Assembly: GCA_017882335.1 (NCBI GenBank)
Contig: JADGPR010000004.1
Coordinates: 24,688 to 88,687 of the forward strand
DNA length: 64,000 nt
Direction of reading: 5' to 3'
DNA from: Bacteroidales bacterium
GTDB lineage: Bacteria > Bacteroidota > Bacteroidia > Bacteroidales > FEN-979
The notes under the pieces were generated by a model. It had not been told where the DNA came from and ran no database searches. It saw only the letters and a list, made by a program, of their open reading frames with translations. Positions 44,019-53,854 of this stretch are shown one piece after another; within the stretch, counting starts at the first letter, position 1; the number at the start of each line of letters is the position of its first letter. Made by a program: the position numbers and the translations under genes.

Positions 44019-45542
44019 ATGGCGCTGATAAATTCTGTTCTTTCCTGGCTGATGAAACAGAGAATCCATCAGATGGAGCTCTTCATGAAGTATCCTCATG
44101 AAGTACAGTTTGATTGGTTCATCCAATTGCTAAACCAGGCAAAAAATACCGAATGGGGACGCATTTACGATTTTAAATCCCTTAAACGGCCGGAAGAATT
44201 CAAGGCACGGGTCCCGCTTAACGATTATGAAACGATGAAACCTTATATTTTAAGGTTGCGTAAAGGGGAACAGAATATCTTGTGGCCTTCAGAAATCAAA
44301 TGGTTCGCAAAATCATCCGGAACCACCTGCGAAAAAAGCAAATTCATCCCCGTAAGTGAAGAAGCCCTCGAAGAATGTCATTTTAAAGGGGGAAAAGACT
44401 TGCTTTCAATCTATTTTAACAACCATCCTGACGCACTGCTTTTCGATGGGAAAGGCATTGCTATGGGTGGAAGCAGCCAGGTTACTGAGATCAATGCTGA
44501 GTCTTTCTATTATGAAGGTGATCTTTCAGCGATCATTATCCAGAACTTACCTTTTTGGGTGGAATTCAGGCGAACACCCAATCTTTCCATTGCCCTGATG
44601 GATGAATGGGAGAACAAGATTGAGAAAATGGCCGTCGCCACGATCAACCATGATGTTACAAGTGCATCCGGCGTTCCTTCCTGGACCCTGTTATTGTTCA
44701 GAAGAGTGCTGGAGATAACCGGGAAATCAAACATTCTTGAAGTCTGGCCGCGATTTGAGTTGTTTATCCACGGAGGGGTGAATTTTGTTCCATACCGGGA
44801 ACAATTCAATCAACTTCTGCCATCCCCTAAGGTGAATTACCTTGAAACCTACAATGCCTCCGAAGGGTTTTTTGGGATCCAGGACCGAGATCGTGCGGAT
44901 GATATGCTTTTAATGCTGGATTACGGGATCTATTATGAATTTCTTCCCATCGATCAGCTGGGATCGGATCATCCGGAAACCCTCTCCCTGGAAAAGGTGG
45001 AAACAGGGGTGAATTATGCCCTTGTGATTTCAACGAATGCCGGTTTATGGCGTTATCTTATTGGCGATACGGTCACATTCACTACATTGAATCCATACAG
45101 GATCAAGATCTCCGGAAGGACCCGGAGCTTTATCAATGCTTTTGGAGAGGAAGTGATCATGGATAATGCGGAAAAAGCCCTTGCCGTTGCTTGTGAAAAA
45201 TGCCAGGCCATTGTTTCGGAATATACCGCCGGCCCTGTTTATTTTGACCAGGAAAAACGGGGCGCCCACGAATGGCTCATCGAGTTTGAGCAGGAACCAG
45301 GCGATCTCGGCTTTTTTATCAACACCCTCGACAATGCCCTGAAATCATTGAATTCAGATTATGAGGCAAAAAGATATCACGATATGATTTTGGGGGAACC
45401 TATAATCCGGGTGATGCCTAAAAACACTTTTTATTCCTGGCTGAAATCCAAAGGGAAACTGGGGGGCCAGAACAAAGTACCACGACTGTCGAACGACCGG
45501 AAATACATTGAAGAAATTTTGGGTATGCAGAAACCTATGTGA
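44019..45542 (+). CDS. GH3-family (acyl-acid amido synthetase-like, ANL superfamily) protein
   Basis: 507 aa with WFAKSSGTTCEKSKFIPVS (the adenylating SSGTT motif) and overall Bacteroidota GH3 auxin-responsive-promoter-family architecture. Confidence 0.8.
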   Translation: MALINSVLSWLMKQRIHQMELFMKYPHEVQFDWFIQLLNQAKNTEWGRIYDFKSLKRPEEFKARVPLNDYETMKPYILRLRKGEQNILWPSEIKWFAKSSGTTCEKSKFIPVSEEALEECHFKGGKDLLSIYFNNHPDALLFDGKGIAMGGSSQVTEINAESFYYEGDLSAIIIQNLPFWVEFRRTPNLSIALMDEWENKIEKMAVATINHDVTSASGVPSWTLLLFRRVLEITGKSNILEVWPRFELFIHGGVNFVPYREQFNQLLPSPKVNYLETYNASEGFFGIQDRDRADDMLLMLDYGIYYEFLPIDQLGSDHPETLSLEKVETGVNYALVISTNAGLWRYLIGDTVTFTTLNPYRIKISGRTRSFINAFGEEVIMDNAEKALAVACEKCQAIVSEYTAGPVYFDQEKRGAHEWLIEFEQEPGDLGFFINTLDNALKSLNSDYEAKRYHDMILGEPIIRVMPKNTFYSWLKSKGKLGGQNKVPRLSNDRKYIEEILGMQKPM

Positions 45543-45586
45543 ATAAGTTATTATTAACATTTCTGCTGACGTGTGACTTTTTTCTG

Positions 45587-45594
45587 TATGTTTG
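45587..45594 (+). promoter_or_regulatory. Candidate -7 box (TATGTTTG) for the deoxynucleoside kinase gene
   Basis: Perfect TAnnTTTG, 23 nt upstream of the ATG at 45618. Confidence 0.5.
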
Positions 45595-45617
45595 AAATGT
45601 AATAGAAAATAGGAATT

Positions 45618-46232
45618 ATGCATATTGCTATCGCTGGAAATATCGGATCCGGAAAGACAACGTTGACCGGACTACTGGCCAAACATTTCGGTTGGGCGCC
45701 TCATTATGAAGATGTGGATACGAACCCCTACCTGAACAGTTTTTATGAAGACATGCAGCGCTGGTCGTTCAACCTGCAGATCTATTTTCTGAATTCGCGT
45801 TTCCGCCAGGTCGTTGAGATTCGCAAATCGGGGACCACGGTGGTACAGGACCGTACAATCTATGAAGATGCCCACATTTTTGCACCTAACCTGCATTCCA
45901 TGAACCTGATGAGTACACGGGATTTTGAAAATTATTCCTCTCTTTTTTCCCTGATGAGTTCCTTTATCCTGGCTCCCGACCTGCTCATATACCTGCGTGC
46001 CAGCGTTCCTACACTCGTAAACCAGATCCAGAAACGAGGCCGGGAATATGAAAATGCCATCCGGCTGGATTACCTGAAAGGGCTGAACGAACGGTATGAA
46101 AACTGGATCTCAGGATATGACCTCGGAAAGTTACTGATCATCGAGGTTGACAATATGAACATTGCCGAGAATCCTGAACACCTGGGCAACGTCATTGAAC
46201 GTATCAATGCAGAATTGCACGGACTTTTTTAA
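45618..46232 (+). CDS. Deoxynucleoside kinase
   Basis: 204 aa with P-loop IAIAGNIGSGKTT, plus DRTIYED and LIYLRAS motifs of the dNK/dCK family. Confidence 0.88.
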   Translation: MHIAIAGNIGSGKTTLTGLLAKHFGWAPHYEDVDTNPYLNSFYEDMQRWSFNLQIYFLNSRFRQVVEIRKSGTTVVQDRTIYEDAHIFAPNLHSMNLMSTRDFENYSSLFSLMSSFILAPDLLIYLRASVPTLVNQIQKRGREYENAIRLDYLKGLNERYENWISGYDLGKLLIIEVDNMNIAENPEHLGNVIERINAELHGLF

Positions 46233-46236
46233 TTCC

Positions 46237-46980
46237 ATGAAAATACTTGGGGTGATACCGGCCCGTTACGGCTCCAGCCGCTTTCCGGGGAAGCCGCTGG
46301 CGAATATCCTGGGGGAACCCATGATCCAGAGAGTATATGAACAGGCCAAAAAATGCCTTCTCCTGGATGACCTTATCGTCGCTACCGATGATGAAAGGAT
46401 TGCCTCCTGCATACGATCTTTTAACGGGAACGTGATGATGACGCCGGAAACCCTTGACAGCGGAACCGAAAGATGCAATGCCGTTGTAAAGAATTTCCCT
46501 GGGGAAGCACAATTTGATGTTGTGATCAATATTCAGGGAGATGAACCCTTCATTGACCCGCAACAGATCTCGCAGCTGGCCAGGTGTTTCCGTTCTGCAG
46601 AGGTGACCATCGGAACGCTGGTAAAAAAGATCACTCAACGGGATGACCTTATCAATCCCAATGTGGTAAAAGTCGTTTTTGATAAAAATTATAAGGCCCT
46701 CTATTTCAGCCGGCATCCCATTCCCTATTTCCGGGGAAATGAACCCATGGATTGGCTGAACGGAACCAATTATTACAAACATATCGGGATCTATGGTTAC
46801 CGTACCGGAATTTTAAAAAGCATTACGCAGCTTCCAGTTTCTCCACTCGAAAAAGCAGAATCACTGGAACAACTCCGTTGGCTCGAGAATGGCTATCCTA
46901 TATATGTTAAAGAAACTGATTATGAGAGTATTGCCATCGATACCCCCGGTGATTTATTAAAAATTACGAACATTTCCTGA
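46237..46980 (+). CDS. kdsB: 3-deoxy-manno-octulosonate cytidylyltransferase (CMP-KDO synthetase)
   Basis: The start is set at MKILGVIPARYGSSRFPGKPL, the KdsB N-terminal signature. The longer ORF from 46162 overlaps the dNK gene and adds non-homologous residues. Confidence 0.93.
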   Translation: MKILGVIPARYGSSRFPGKPLANILGEPMIQRVYEQAKKCLLLDDLIVATDDERIASCIRSFNGNVMMTPETLDSGTERCNAVVKNFPGEAQFDVVINIQGDEPFIDPQQISQLARCFRSAEVTIGTLVKKITQRDDLINPNVVKVVFDKNYKALYFSRHPIPYFRGNEPMDWLNGTNYYKHIGIYGYRTGILKSITQLPVSPLEKAESLEQLRWLENGYPIYVKETDYESIAIDTPGDLLKITNIS

Positions 46981-47053
46981 CAGGTTGTTCCTGTTTTTTA
47001 TATCTTAGCAGATCCGGGAGAAGGTAGATTTCTACAGTACTATCATTAAAAGA

Positions 47054-48076
47054 ATGAAAATAAACGTCGTAAAATACATATCTGAACTTTTATACCGGCA
47101 CGATTGCGTGATCATACCCGGATTCGGGGGATTTATTGGGAATTATTCCCCTGCCATGATCAACCCGGTGTATCATACTTTTTATCCCCCGTTTAAATCC
47201 CTGCTCTTTAACATCCATCTGAAACAGAATGATGGCTTACTGGCTTCCTGTATATCCCAGGCCGAGCAGATTCCCTATGAACATGCCATGGATCTGATCC
47301 GGATGATGCTGGAGGAGTGGAACCGGGAACTGGAAAACGGGCAGGAACTTGTCATTGAAAAAATAGGCAAGATCGTAAAAGAAACAGATGACATCCTTCA
47401 GTTTGAACAGGATCCATCCTTTAATTATTTGCCGGAGGCCTTTGGCCTGACTACCTTGGTCTCGCCAGCGATCCGGCGGCCGGGAATGCAGGATAAGCTG
47501 GAAAAAAAGCTCGATCGTTATATTCATGCTCCTTCGGGGAAACCAGGGAAATTGACACGAACGCTGAAGTGGGCGGCAGTAATGGCGCTTCCGGTGGGAC
47601 TTGCTGTTTACCTCAGTATTACAAATATTGATCAGATCCGGAGTTTCCACGAAAATTACACCAGTTTTCTCTTTTCCAATTCGACTCCGGTATTAAAAAA
47701 GACCGTTGAATCCCCAAAGATTCTTCTTCCTTCAAAAAAATCCGGGAATCCTGTTCAAAAAATGGCCGTCGCAGTTCAGTCGTCACCTGCCGTCCCGGTA
47801 ATACAAGTCGTAAAACCTGAGGCCCGGGAAACTGCTGATCTATCTGCAAAAAAACCTTATGCAATCATTGTAGGAGCTTTCCGGTTCCGGGAAAATGCAG
47901 ATAACATGGTTGCAAAACTGAAACAGGAAGGATACGATGCAGGGATCTTTGACACGACCACTACAGGTTTGTTCAGGGTCAGTGTCGGGACTTTCGATAG
48001 CAGGGATGATGCAATCGGACAACTTGCAATGATCCGCTCCGGCAATTATTCTTCGGCCTGGTTGCTGTCCAAATAA
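47054..48076 (+). CDS. HU-like (HU-CCDC81-type) N-terminal domain / TM helix / C-terminal SPOR-domain protein
   Basis: 340 aa with the N-terminus ISELLYRHDCVIIPGFGGFIGNYSPA, TM helix LKWAAVMALPVGLAVYLSI, and a C-terminal SPOR pattern (YAIIVGAFRFRENADNMVAKLKQEGYDAGIF...FRVSVGTFDSRDDA). Confidence 0.75.
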   Translation: MKINVVKYISELLYRHDCVIIPGFGGFIGNYSPAMINPVYHTFYPPFKSLLFNIHLKQNDGLLASCISQAEQIPYEHAMDLIRMMLEEWNRELENGQELVIEKIGKIVKETDDILQFEQDPSFNYLPEAFGLTTLVSPAIRRPGMQDKLEKKLDRYIHAPSGKPGKLTRTLKWAAVMALPVGLAVYLSITNIDQIRSFHENYTSFLFSNSTPVLKKTVESPKILLPSKKSGNPVQKMAVAVQSSPAVPVIQVVKPEARETADLSAKKPYAIIVGAFRFRENADNMVAKLKQEGYDAGIFDTTTTGLFRVSVGTFDSRDDAIGQLAMIRSGNYSSAWLLSK

Positions 48077-48084
48077 TAACTTCT

Positions 48085-48750
48085 GTGGCCAAAAAGAAGC
48101 TGATTCATTTTCAGGAAAACCTCACATTTCCTCATCTCCTCCAGCCCGGCTATCACGAAATTGAAAAAAGTTTTCGATTGTCTTCCTGCTGGGGAAAAGA
48201 CTTTTTCTTCAACACGAACCCCATCATCCTTGAACTGGGATGCGGAAAAGGAGAATATACAGTCGGGCTGGCTGAGAAATATCCCCAAAAAAATTTCATT
48301 GGTATCGACTTCAAAGGTGCCCGGTTGTGGCGGGGTGCCAGAAATGTTCATGAAATGGGAATGAAAAATGTTGCCTTTATCCGGACCCAGGTCGACCATG
48401 TGAATAAATTTTTTGGTCCGGGAGAAGTATCCGAAATCTGGATCACCTTTCCCGATCCGCAGCTTCACAAGGAAAGAAAACGCCTTACAGCACCCGTTTT
48501 TCTTGACCGGTACAAGGTCCTTCTGGGCCCGAAAGGCATTCTTCACCTGAAGACTGATGACCTGGAATTCAACAATTACACGCTGAAAATCATCGGGCAA
48601 TATCGTCACTCGCTTTTATTTTCCACCAACGACCTTTATCACTCCGGATTTTCGGAAGATGCTATATCCATCCGGACTTATTATGAAATGATGTGGCTGG
48701 AGGTTGGTAAAAAAATTTGTTATATCAAGTTTAAACTGAATTGCACATGA
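48085..48750 (+). CDS. trmB: tRNA (guanine46-N7)-methyltransferase
   Basis: 221 aa with a GTG start, the SAM motif ILELGCGKGEY, and IWITFPDPQ. Confidence 0.9.
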   Translation: MAKKKLIHFQENLTFPHLLQPGYHEIEKSFRLSSCWGKDFFFNTNPIILELGCGKGEYTVGLAEKYPQKNFIGIDFKGARLWRGARNVHEMGMKNVAFIRTQVDHVNKFFGPGEVSEIWITFPDPQLHKERKRLTAPVFLDRYKVLLGPKGILHLKTDDLEFNNYTLKIIGQYRHSLLFSTNDLYHSGFSEDAISIRTYYEMMWLEVGKKICYIKFKLNCT

Positions 48751-50951
48751 GAAAATGGACTGTTTTTATCCTGCTGACATTTACCGTTAACTTTTCGCTT
48801 ATTGCAGAAGAAGGGATGTGGATCCCGGTGTTATTGCAGCAATTTAATATTAAACAGATGCAGGATATGGGGCTGAAGCTTACGGCCGAGGATATTTACA
48901 GCATCAACCATTCCTCCCTGAAGGATGCCATCGTTCAATTTGGCGGCGGATGCACGGCAGAGATCGTTTCTCCGAATGGATTGATCCTGACAAACCACCA
49001 TTGCGGTCTTGGATCCATACAGCGACTCAGCAGTCCGCAGCACGATTACCTGGCCGATGGTTTCTGGGCAAACTCATTCGGGGAAGAACTTCCCTGCCCG
49101 GGACTGACAGTCACGCTCCTCATCCGGATGGAAGAAGTGACCGGGAAAGTTCTGCAAAATGTTACGGATGAAATGCCCGAATTCCAGCGAATGCAGATCA
49201 TCAGACAAAATATTACCGTAATCGAAAAAGAAGCCATCACCGGTACTTCTTACGAGGCAAAAACCCGGTCGTTTTATTATGGAAACCAGTACTATTTGTT
49301 TATAACCGAGGTTTTCAAAGATATCCGGCTGGTTGGGGCGCCCCCTTCAGGTATCGGACAATTTGGCGGAGATACAGACAACTGGATGTGGCCCAGGCAT
49401 GGAGGCGATTTCTCGGTTTTCCGCATCTATGTAAACAGCAATAACCATCCGGCAGAATATTCCAAAGACAATATTCCGTATCAGCCGAAAAAATTCCTTC
49501 CTATATCGCTGAAAGGCTACCAAAAGGGCGATTTTACCTTTGTTTTCGGATACCCGGGATCTACCCGAGAATACCTGACATCTTTCGGTGTCGACCTGAT
49601 CGCTAACCAAGAGAATCCGATCCGGATCAACCTTCGTCAGCAACGTCTCGATATCATCAATAAGGCAATGAACGAAAGCAAACAGGTGCGAATTCAATAT
49701 ACTTCAAAACACCAGGGAATTGCCAATGGTTGGAAAAAAATGATAGGAGAAACAAATGGCATTAAGAAAATCAATGCCATCGAAAAGAAAAAGACTTTTG
49801 AAAAAAAGTTTCAGGATTGGGCGGATTCGTTATATGCTACCCGACATCCAGTATCCCTGCCTGTCCGACAGGCAGGCGGCATCCAACATCAGTCTTATAA
49901 TACCCTCCTGAATGAATTTACTCTGACCTATACCAACTTCAAACCGATTGATGTGGCTTCGATCTACCTGACAGAGGCCGGAATGGGAATCGAGATCGTA
50001 AGGTTCGCCGATGGATTCGCTGAACTTGTGAAAAAAAGCAAGGACAAAAAAACGAAGCCGGAAGATATTTCGAAGTCGCTGCAGAAACTGAAAAGTACAG
50101 CCAGAGGATTCTATAAGGACTACCAGCTGGCGATCGACCGGCAGGTATTTGAGGCGATGTTAAAAGAAATGATGGAAAAAATGGATGCAAAATTTCTTCC
50201 GAAGGTTTGCCAGGAGATTGAAAAAAAATATCACAGGAATTACACCTTGATCACAAAAAATTACTTCGATCATTCCTTTCTTTCTGATTCTGCGAAACTC
50301 TTCCGGTTTCTCAGTACATATAAGGTATCCAAATTCAAGAAGCTGGAGAAAGATCTATTGTATAATTTTAGTGAAAGCATTTACATTCGATATACAAAGG
50401 ATGTCAATCCGCAGACTCGGAAATTCAATTCAGAGATCGACAGTCTGCAAAGGATTTATATGGCAGGACAGATGGAAATGGGGAAACGCAGGTTCTACCC
50501 GGATGCAAATTCAACTCTTCGCATAGCTTATGGAAATGTGGATGGATTCCGGGCTGCCGATGCTGTGAGCTACAATTATTTTACGACCAGTAAAGGAATT
50601 CTTGAGAAAGAAGATCCGACTATTTATGATTACACGGTTCATCCGAAGTTAAAGAAATTATTCACCGACCGGGATTTTGGTTCCTATGGCGACAAAGATG
50701 GTTCTCTCCACATCGCCTTTACGGCAACCAATCATACGACCGGCGGGAATTCGGGCAGTCCGGTTCTGGATGCCAACGGTTACCTCCTCGGCCTGAATTT
50801 CGACCGAAACTGGGAAGGAACCATGAGCGACCTGATGTATGACCCGGATCTGTGCAGGAACATTACGCTCGATATACGGTATTGCCTTTTTATCATCGAT
50901 AAGTTTGCAGGAGCCCAGCGGCTGATCAATGAAATGAAGATTATAAATTAA
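48741..50951 (+). CDS. S46-family dipeptidyl-peptidase (DPP7/DPP11-like)
   Basis: 736 aa with a signal peptide followed by EEGMWIP, the catalytic His context TNHHCG and the catalytic Ser context GGNSGSPVLD. It overlaps the trmB stop by 10 nt. Confidence 0.9.
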   Translation: MHMRKWTVFILLTFTVNFSLIAEEGMWIPVLLQQFNIKQMQDMGLKLTAEDIYSINHSSLKDAIVQFGGGCTAEIVSPNGLILTNHHCGLGSIQRLSSPQHDYLADGFWANSFGEELPCPGLTVTLLIRMEEVTGKVLQNVTDEMPEFQRMQIIRQNITVIEKEAITGTSYEAKTRSFYYGNQYYLFITEVFKDIRLVGAPPSGIGQFGGDTDNWMWPRHGGDFSVFRIYVNSNNHPAEYSKDNIPYQPKKFLPISLKGYQKGDFTFVFGYPGSTREYLTSFGVDLIANQENPIRINLRQQRLDIINKAMNESKQVRIQYTSKHQGIANGWKKMIGETNGIKKINAIEKKKTFEKKFQDWADSLYATRHPVSLPVRQAGGIQHQSYNTLLNEFTLTYTNFKPIDVASIYLTEAGMGIEIVRFADGFAELVKKSKDKKTKPEDISKSLQKLKSTARGFYKDYQLAIDRQVFEAMLKEMMEKMDAKFLPKVCQEIEKKYHRNYTLITKNYFDHSFLSDSAKLFRFLSTYKVSKFKKLEKDLLYNFSESIYIRYTKDVNPQTRKFNSEIDSLQRIYMAGQMEMGKRRFYPDANSTLRIAYGNVDGFRAADAVSYNYFTTSKGILEKEDPTIYDYTVHPKLKKLFTDRDFGSYGDKDGSLHIAFTATNHTTGGNSGSPVLDANGYLLGLNFDRNWEGTMSDLMYDPDLCRNITLDIRYCLFIIDKFAGAQRLINEMKIIN
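49856..49876. repeat. GC-rich palindrome CCTGCCTGTC-C-GACAGGCAGG inside the S46 peptidase gene
   Basis: 10-bp perfect arms (49856-49865 and 49867-49876). The outer 8 bp are identical to the dxr palindrome arms. Confidence 0.8.
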
Positions 50952-50963
50952 CAGGTTTCCGGA

Positions 50964-51824
50964 TCAGATCCTGTAGAGATTCAACAACGCTTTTTCGATT
51001 GTCGGGAACTCGAATTCAAATCCGTTTTTAAGTAGTTTTTCCGGAACTACATTTTGACCTTCTGTCAGCGTTGACGCCGCATCCCCGTAAATTACCTTCA
51101 ATGCGGATATGGGTATTTTAAAAACTGTGATCTGGTTCAGGACTTTTCCAAACGTTTTTGTAAAATGAAAATTGGTGGTAGGGTTCGGAGCAACCGCGTT
51201 TACCACACCGCTGATATTTTCATTTTCCAGGATGGTTTGATAGATGTGCACCAGGTCGCGGATGTGAACCCAGGAAAACGATTGGTCTCCTTTTCCGATA
51301 ATGCCACCCAGCCCGAAACTGAAAGGCCCATAGGCAGCTTTCAGCGCTCCGCCCTTTGAACTGAGGACGACCCCGGTTCGAAGCAGGACAATACGTGTAT
51401 TTCCAATAGCTGCCAGTGCCTCCGCTTCCCAGTCACGGCAAACTTTTCCCAGGAAATTATCAGAGAACCCGGAACTCTCTTCTGTATGAACATTAAGGGA
51501 GTCATAAATTCCGATGGCGGAGTTGGAGATGAAAACTTTCGGTTTGACTTTTGCCTGAAGGATTGCATTTGTGATCTTACGCGTTGTTTCAACACGGCTA
51601 TTGTAAATTTCCTTCCGGTAGTCTTCGGTCCATCGTTTTAAAATGGGTGCTCCGGCAAGGTTTATAACAGCATCGGCTCCTTCGATCTTCGTTTCAAGGA
51701 ATTCATTGTCCGGCATTCTGAAGGAATCCCTGTTGATGATTTGGATGGTCCACCCTTTACCGGTATAGGTATCAATCAATTCACGACCGATCAATCCTGA
51801 AGATCCGCTTATACTTACCAACAT
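50964..51824 (-). CDS. TIGR01777/YfcH-like SDR epimerase-family protein (DUF1731 C-terminus)
   Basis: 286 aa with the glycine-rich N-terminus VSISGSSGLIG and an atypical-SDR layout. Confidence 0.82.
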   Translation of the reverse strand: MLVSISGSSGLIGRELIDTYTGKGWTIQIINRDSFRMPDNEFLETKIEGADAVINLAGAPILKRWTEDYRKEIYNSRVETTRKITNAILQAKVKPKVFISNSAIGIYDSLNVHTEESSGFSDNFLGKVCRDWEAEALAAIGNTRIVLLRTGVVLSSKGGALKAAYGPFSFGLGGIIGKGDQSFSWVHIRDLVHIYQTILENENISGVVNAVAPNPTTNFHFTKTFGKVLNQITVFKIPISALKVIYGDAASTLTEGQNVVPEKLLKNGFEFEFPTIEKALLNLYRI

Positions 51825-51864
51825 AAGACAACCTATTTACTCGTAAATATACGAACAAATTGAT

Positions 51865-51872
51865 TAATTTTG
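51865..51872 (+). promoter_or_regulatory. Candidate -7 box (TAATTTTG) for mutA-mutB
   Basis: Perfect TAnnTTTG, 45 nt upstream of the mutA ATG. Confidence 0.4.
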
Positions 51873-51917
51873 CTGTCCTTTTTCTATTTGAAACTCATCC
51901 TGCGACTACCCTGAATC

Positions 51918-53804
51918 ATGGAAAAGAAAGATCAAGACAAAAAGCTGTTTTCGGAATTTTCGCCTGTTTCGACTTCCCAGTGGGAAGAAAAAATCAGAAC
52001 CGACCTGAAAGGTGCCGATTATCAGAAGAAACTGATCTGGAAGACCGATGAAGGGATCAATGTCAAACCTTATTACCGTGCGGAAGACCTTGAAGGGCTT
52101 GAATATCTTTCGGCGCTTCCCGGCGAAAAACCTTTCGTAAGGGGTGTAAAAAAAGACAAGAATGACTGGATCATTCGCCAGGATATCTATACGGGAGATA
52201 TAGCCGAAGCCAACCGGATTGCGGTGGATTCAGTTTCCAGGGGAGCAGGGGCGGTCGGATTGAATGTCAAAGTGGTCACTTCCCATAAGCAGATGCAGCA
52301 GCTCTTGCAGGGGATTGATATTACAAAAACCGGGATCAATTTCATGTCCTCACGTTCTTACCCGTTAACGCTCGAGTTATTTATTTATGAAATCGCCCAC
52401 CGTGGCCTCGAAGGAACCAGGATAGAAGGTTCGTTAAATTTTGATGCGATCAGTTACCTCCTGCTTCATGGAGATTTTTACCGATCAAAGCAGAGCAACC
52501 TGGATGAGGCTGAATACCTGATCCAGACCATCCGGAAGCGGTTGCCGGGTTTTCGCACCATCACCATAAATGGTCATCTTTTTAACAATGCAGGAGCCAC
52601 GCTGGTACAGGAACTGGCCTTCAGCCTGGCATCCGGCAATGAATATATGGCCGACCTTACATCGAAAGGATTGCCGGCTGACACTGTTGCCGCCAGTCTT
52701 CAGTTTTCTTTCGGCATCGGCTCCAACTATTTCATGGAGATAGCCAAGTTAAGGGCGGCGCGGTTGTTATGGACTGCTGTTGTTGAGCAGTACCGGCCGG
52801 AAAACCCGGAAAGCTCCAGGATGTTCATTCATTCTACTACCTCGCTCTGGAACAAAACCGTTTATGATCCTTATGTCAATCTTCTGCGGACCACTACCGA
52901 AGGGATGTCGGCTGCTATCGGAAATACAGACTCTATGTCCATTCTTCCTTTTGATTTTCCTTACAAGGACGAAAGTGAGATCTCCCGCCGCATTGCCCGT
53001 AACCAGCAGTTGATCCTGAAGGAAGAAGCTTACCTTGACAAAATTGTCGATCCGGCAGCGGGTTCCTATTATATTGAAAGCCTTACCCATTCCATTGCGA
53101 TGCATGCATGGGAATTATTCCAGTTGATCGAAGAAAAAGGCGGGTTGATCGAATGCATCAAAACAGGATTCATCCGGGATGAAATTGAAAGGTCCTGCCG
53201 TAAAAAAGACATGGATATTGCACAACATAAGATCATGATCCTTGGAACCAACCAATATGCAAATCCACTGGAATCCATGTTACAAAGCATCGAAAAACCA
53301 CATATATCCCCGAATGATGAACCTTCGGTTTATAAGAAGCTACGTATCTACCGCAGTGCACATGCTTTTGAAGAAGTCCGCCTGGCAACCGAGAATGCGA
53401 TAGTCCATGGAAAGAAGAAACCATCTGTATTCCTTCTGACCATTGGCAACCCGGCTATGCAGAAAATCCGGGCAACGTTCGCTTCAAATTTCTTCGGATG
53501 CGCAGGGTATGAGATCATCGATAATGCGGGCTTTAAAACGGTGGAAAAGGGCGTGAAAGCGGCGTTGGATTCAAAGGCAGAGATCGTAGTTCTCTGCAGT
53601 TCTGATGAAGAATACACCACAATCGCCCCTGCAGCCTGTTCAGGTATCAAATCGCAGAACAAAGAGGTAATGATCCTCGTTGCAGGTTATCCGGAAGGGA
53701 TCGTTGAAATGCTGAAGTCCAACGGCATTGATGATTTTATTCATGTAAGGACGAATGTTCTTGAATTCCTGGTGAATTTGCAGAAAAAATTCGGAATGCT
53801 ATAG
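51918..53804 (+). CDS. mutA: Methylmalonyl-CoA mutase small (beta) subunit
   Basis: 628 aa with a mutase-fold N-terminal barrel lacking the catalytic B12 His motif. It lies directly upstream of the large subunit. Confidence 0.87.
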   Translation: MEKKDQDKKLFSEFSPVSTSQWEEKIRTDLKGADYQKKLIWKTDEGINVKPYYRAEDLEGLEYLSALPGEKPFVRGVKKDKNDWIIRQDIYTGDIAEANRIAVDSVSRGAGAVGLNVKVVTSHKQMQQLLQGIDITKTGINFMSSRSYPLTLELFIYEIAHRGLEGTRIEGSLNFDAISYLLLHGDFYRSKQSNLDEAEYLIQTIRKRLPGFRTITINGHLFNNAGATLVQELAFSLASGNEYMADLTSKGLPADTVAASLQFSFGIGSNYFMEIAKLRAARLLWTAVVEQYRPENPESSRMFIHSTTSLWNKTVYDPYVNLLRTTTEGMSAAIGNTDSMSILPFDFPYKDESEISRRIARNQQLILKEEAYLDKIVDPAAGSYYIESLTHSIAMHAWELFQLIEEKGGLIECIKTGFIRDEIERSCRKKDMDIAQHKIMILGTNQYANPLESMLQSIEKPHISPNDEPSVYKKLRIYRSAHAFEEVRLATENAIVHGKKKPSVFLLTIGNPAMQKIRATFASNFFGCAGYEIIDNAGFKTVEKGVKAALDSKAEIVVLCSSDEEYTTIAPAACSGIKSQNKEVMILVAGYPEGIVEMLKSNGIDDFIHVRTNVLEFLVNLQKKFGML

Positions 53805-53854
53805 AGAGTAAAAATTGATCCTGTTTCTTGTTACGCTGATGAGCCACTATTTGT

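Noticed and set aside
46162-46236. Longer N-terminal extensions offered by the ORF track for kdsB (from 46162), hpt (from 58367), queD (to 7381), bactofilin (to 9545), the DUF4468-like gene (from 35061) and the small OMP (to 62058).
   Set aside because: The extensions overlap neighbouring genes or add residues before well-known family N-termini or signal peptides. Internal Met codons give canonical starts.
46981-46999. CAGG-TTGTT-CCTG followed by T6 directly after the kdsB stop, considered as a terminator.
   Set aside because: A 4-bp stem is too weak to support a terminator call by eye.
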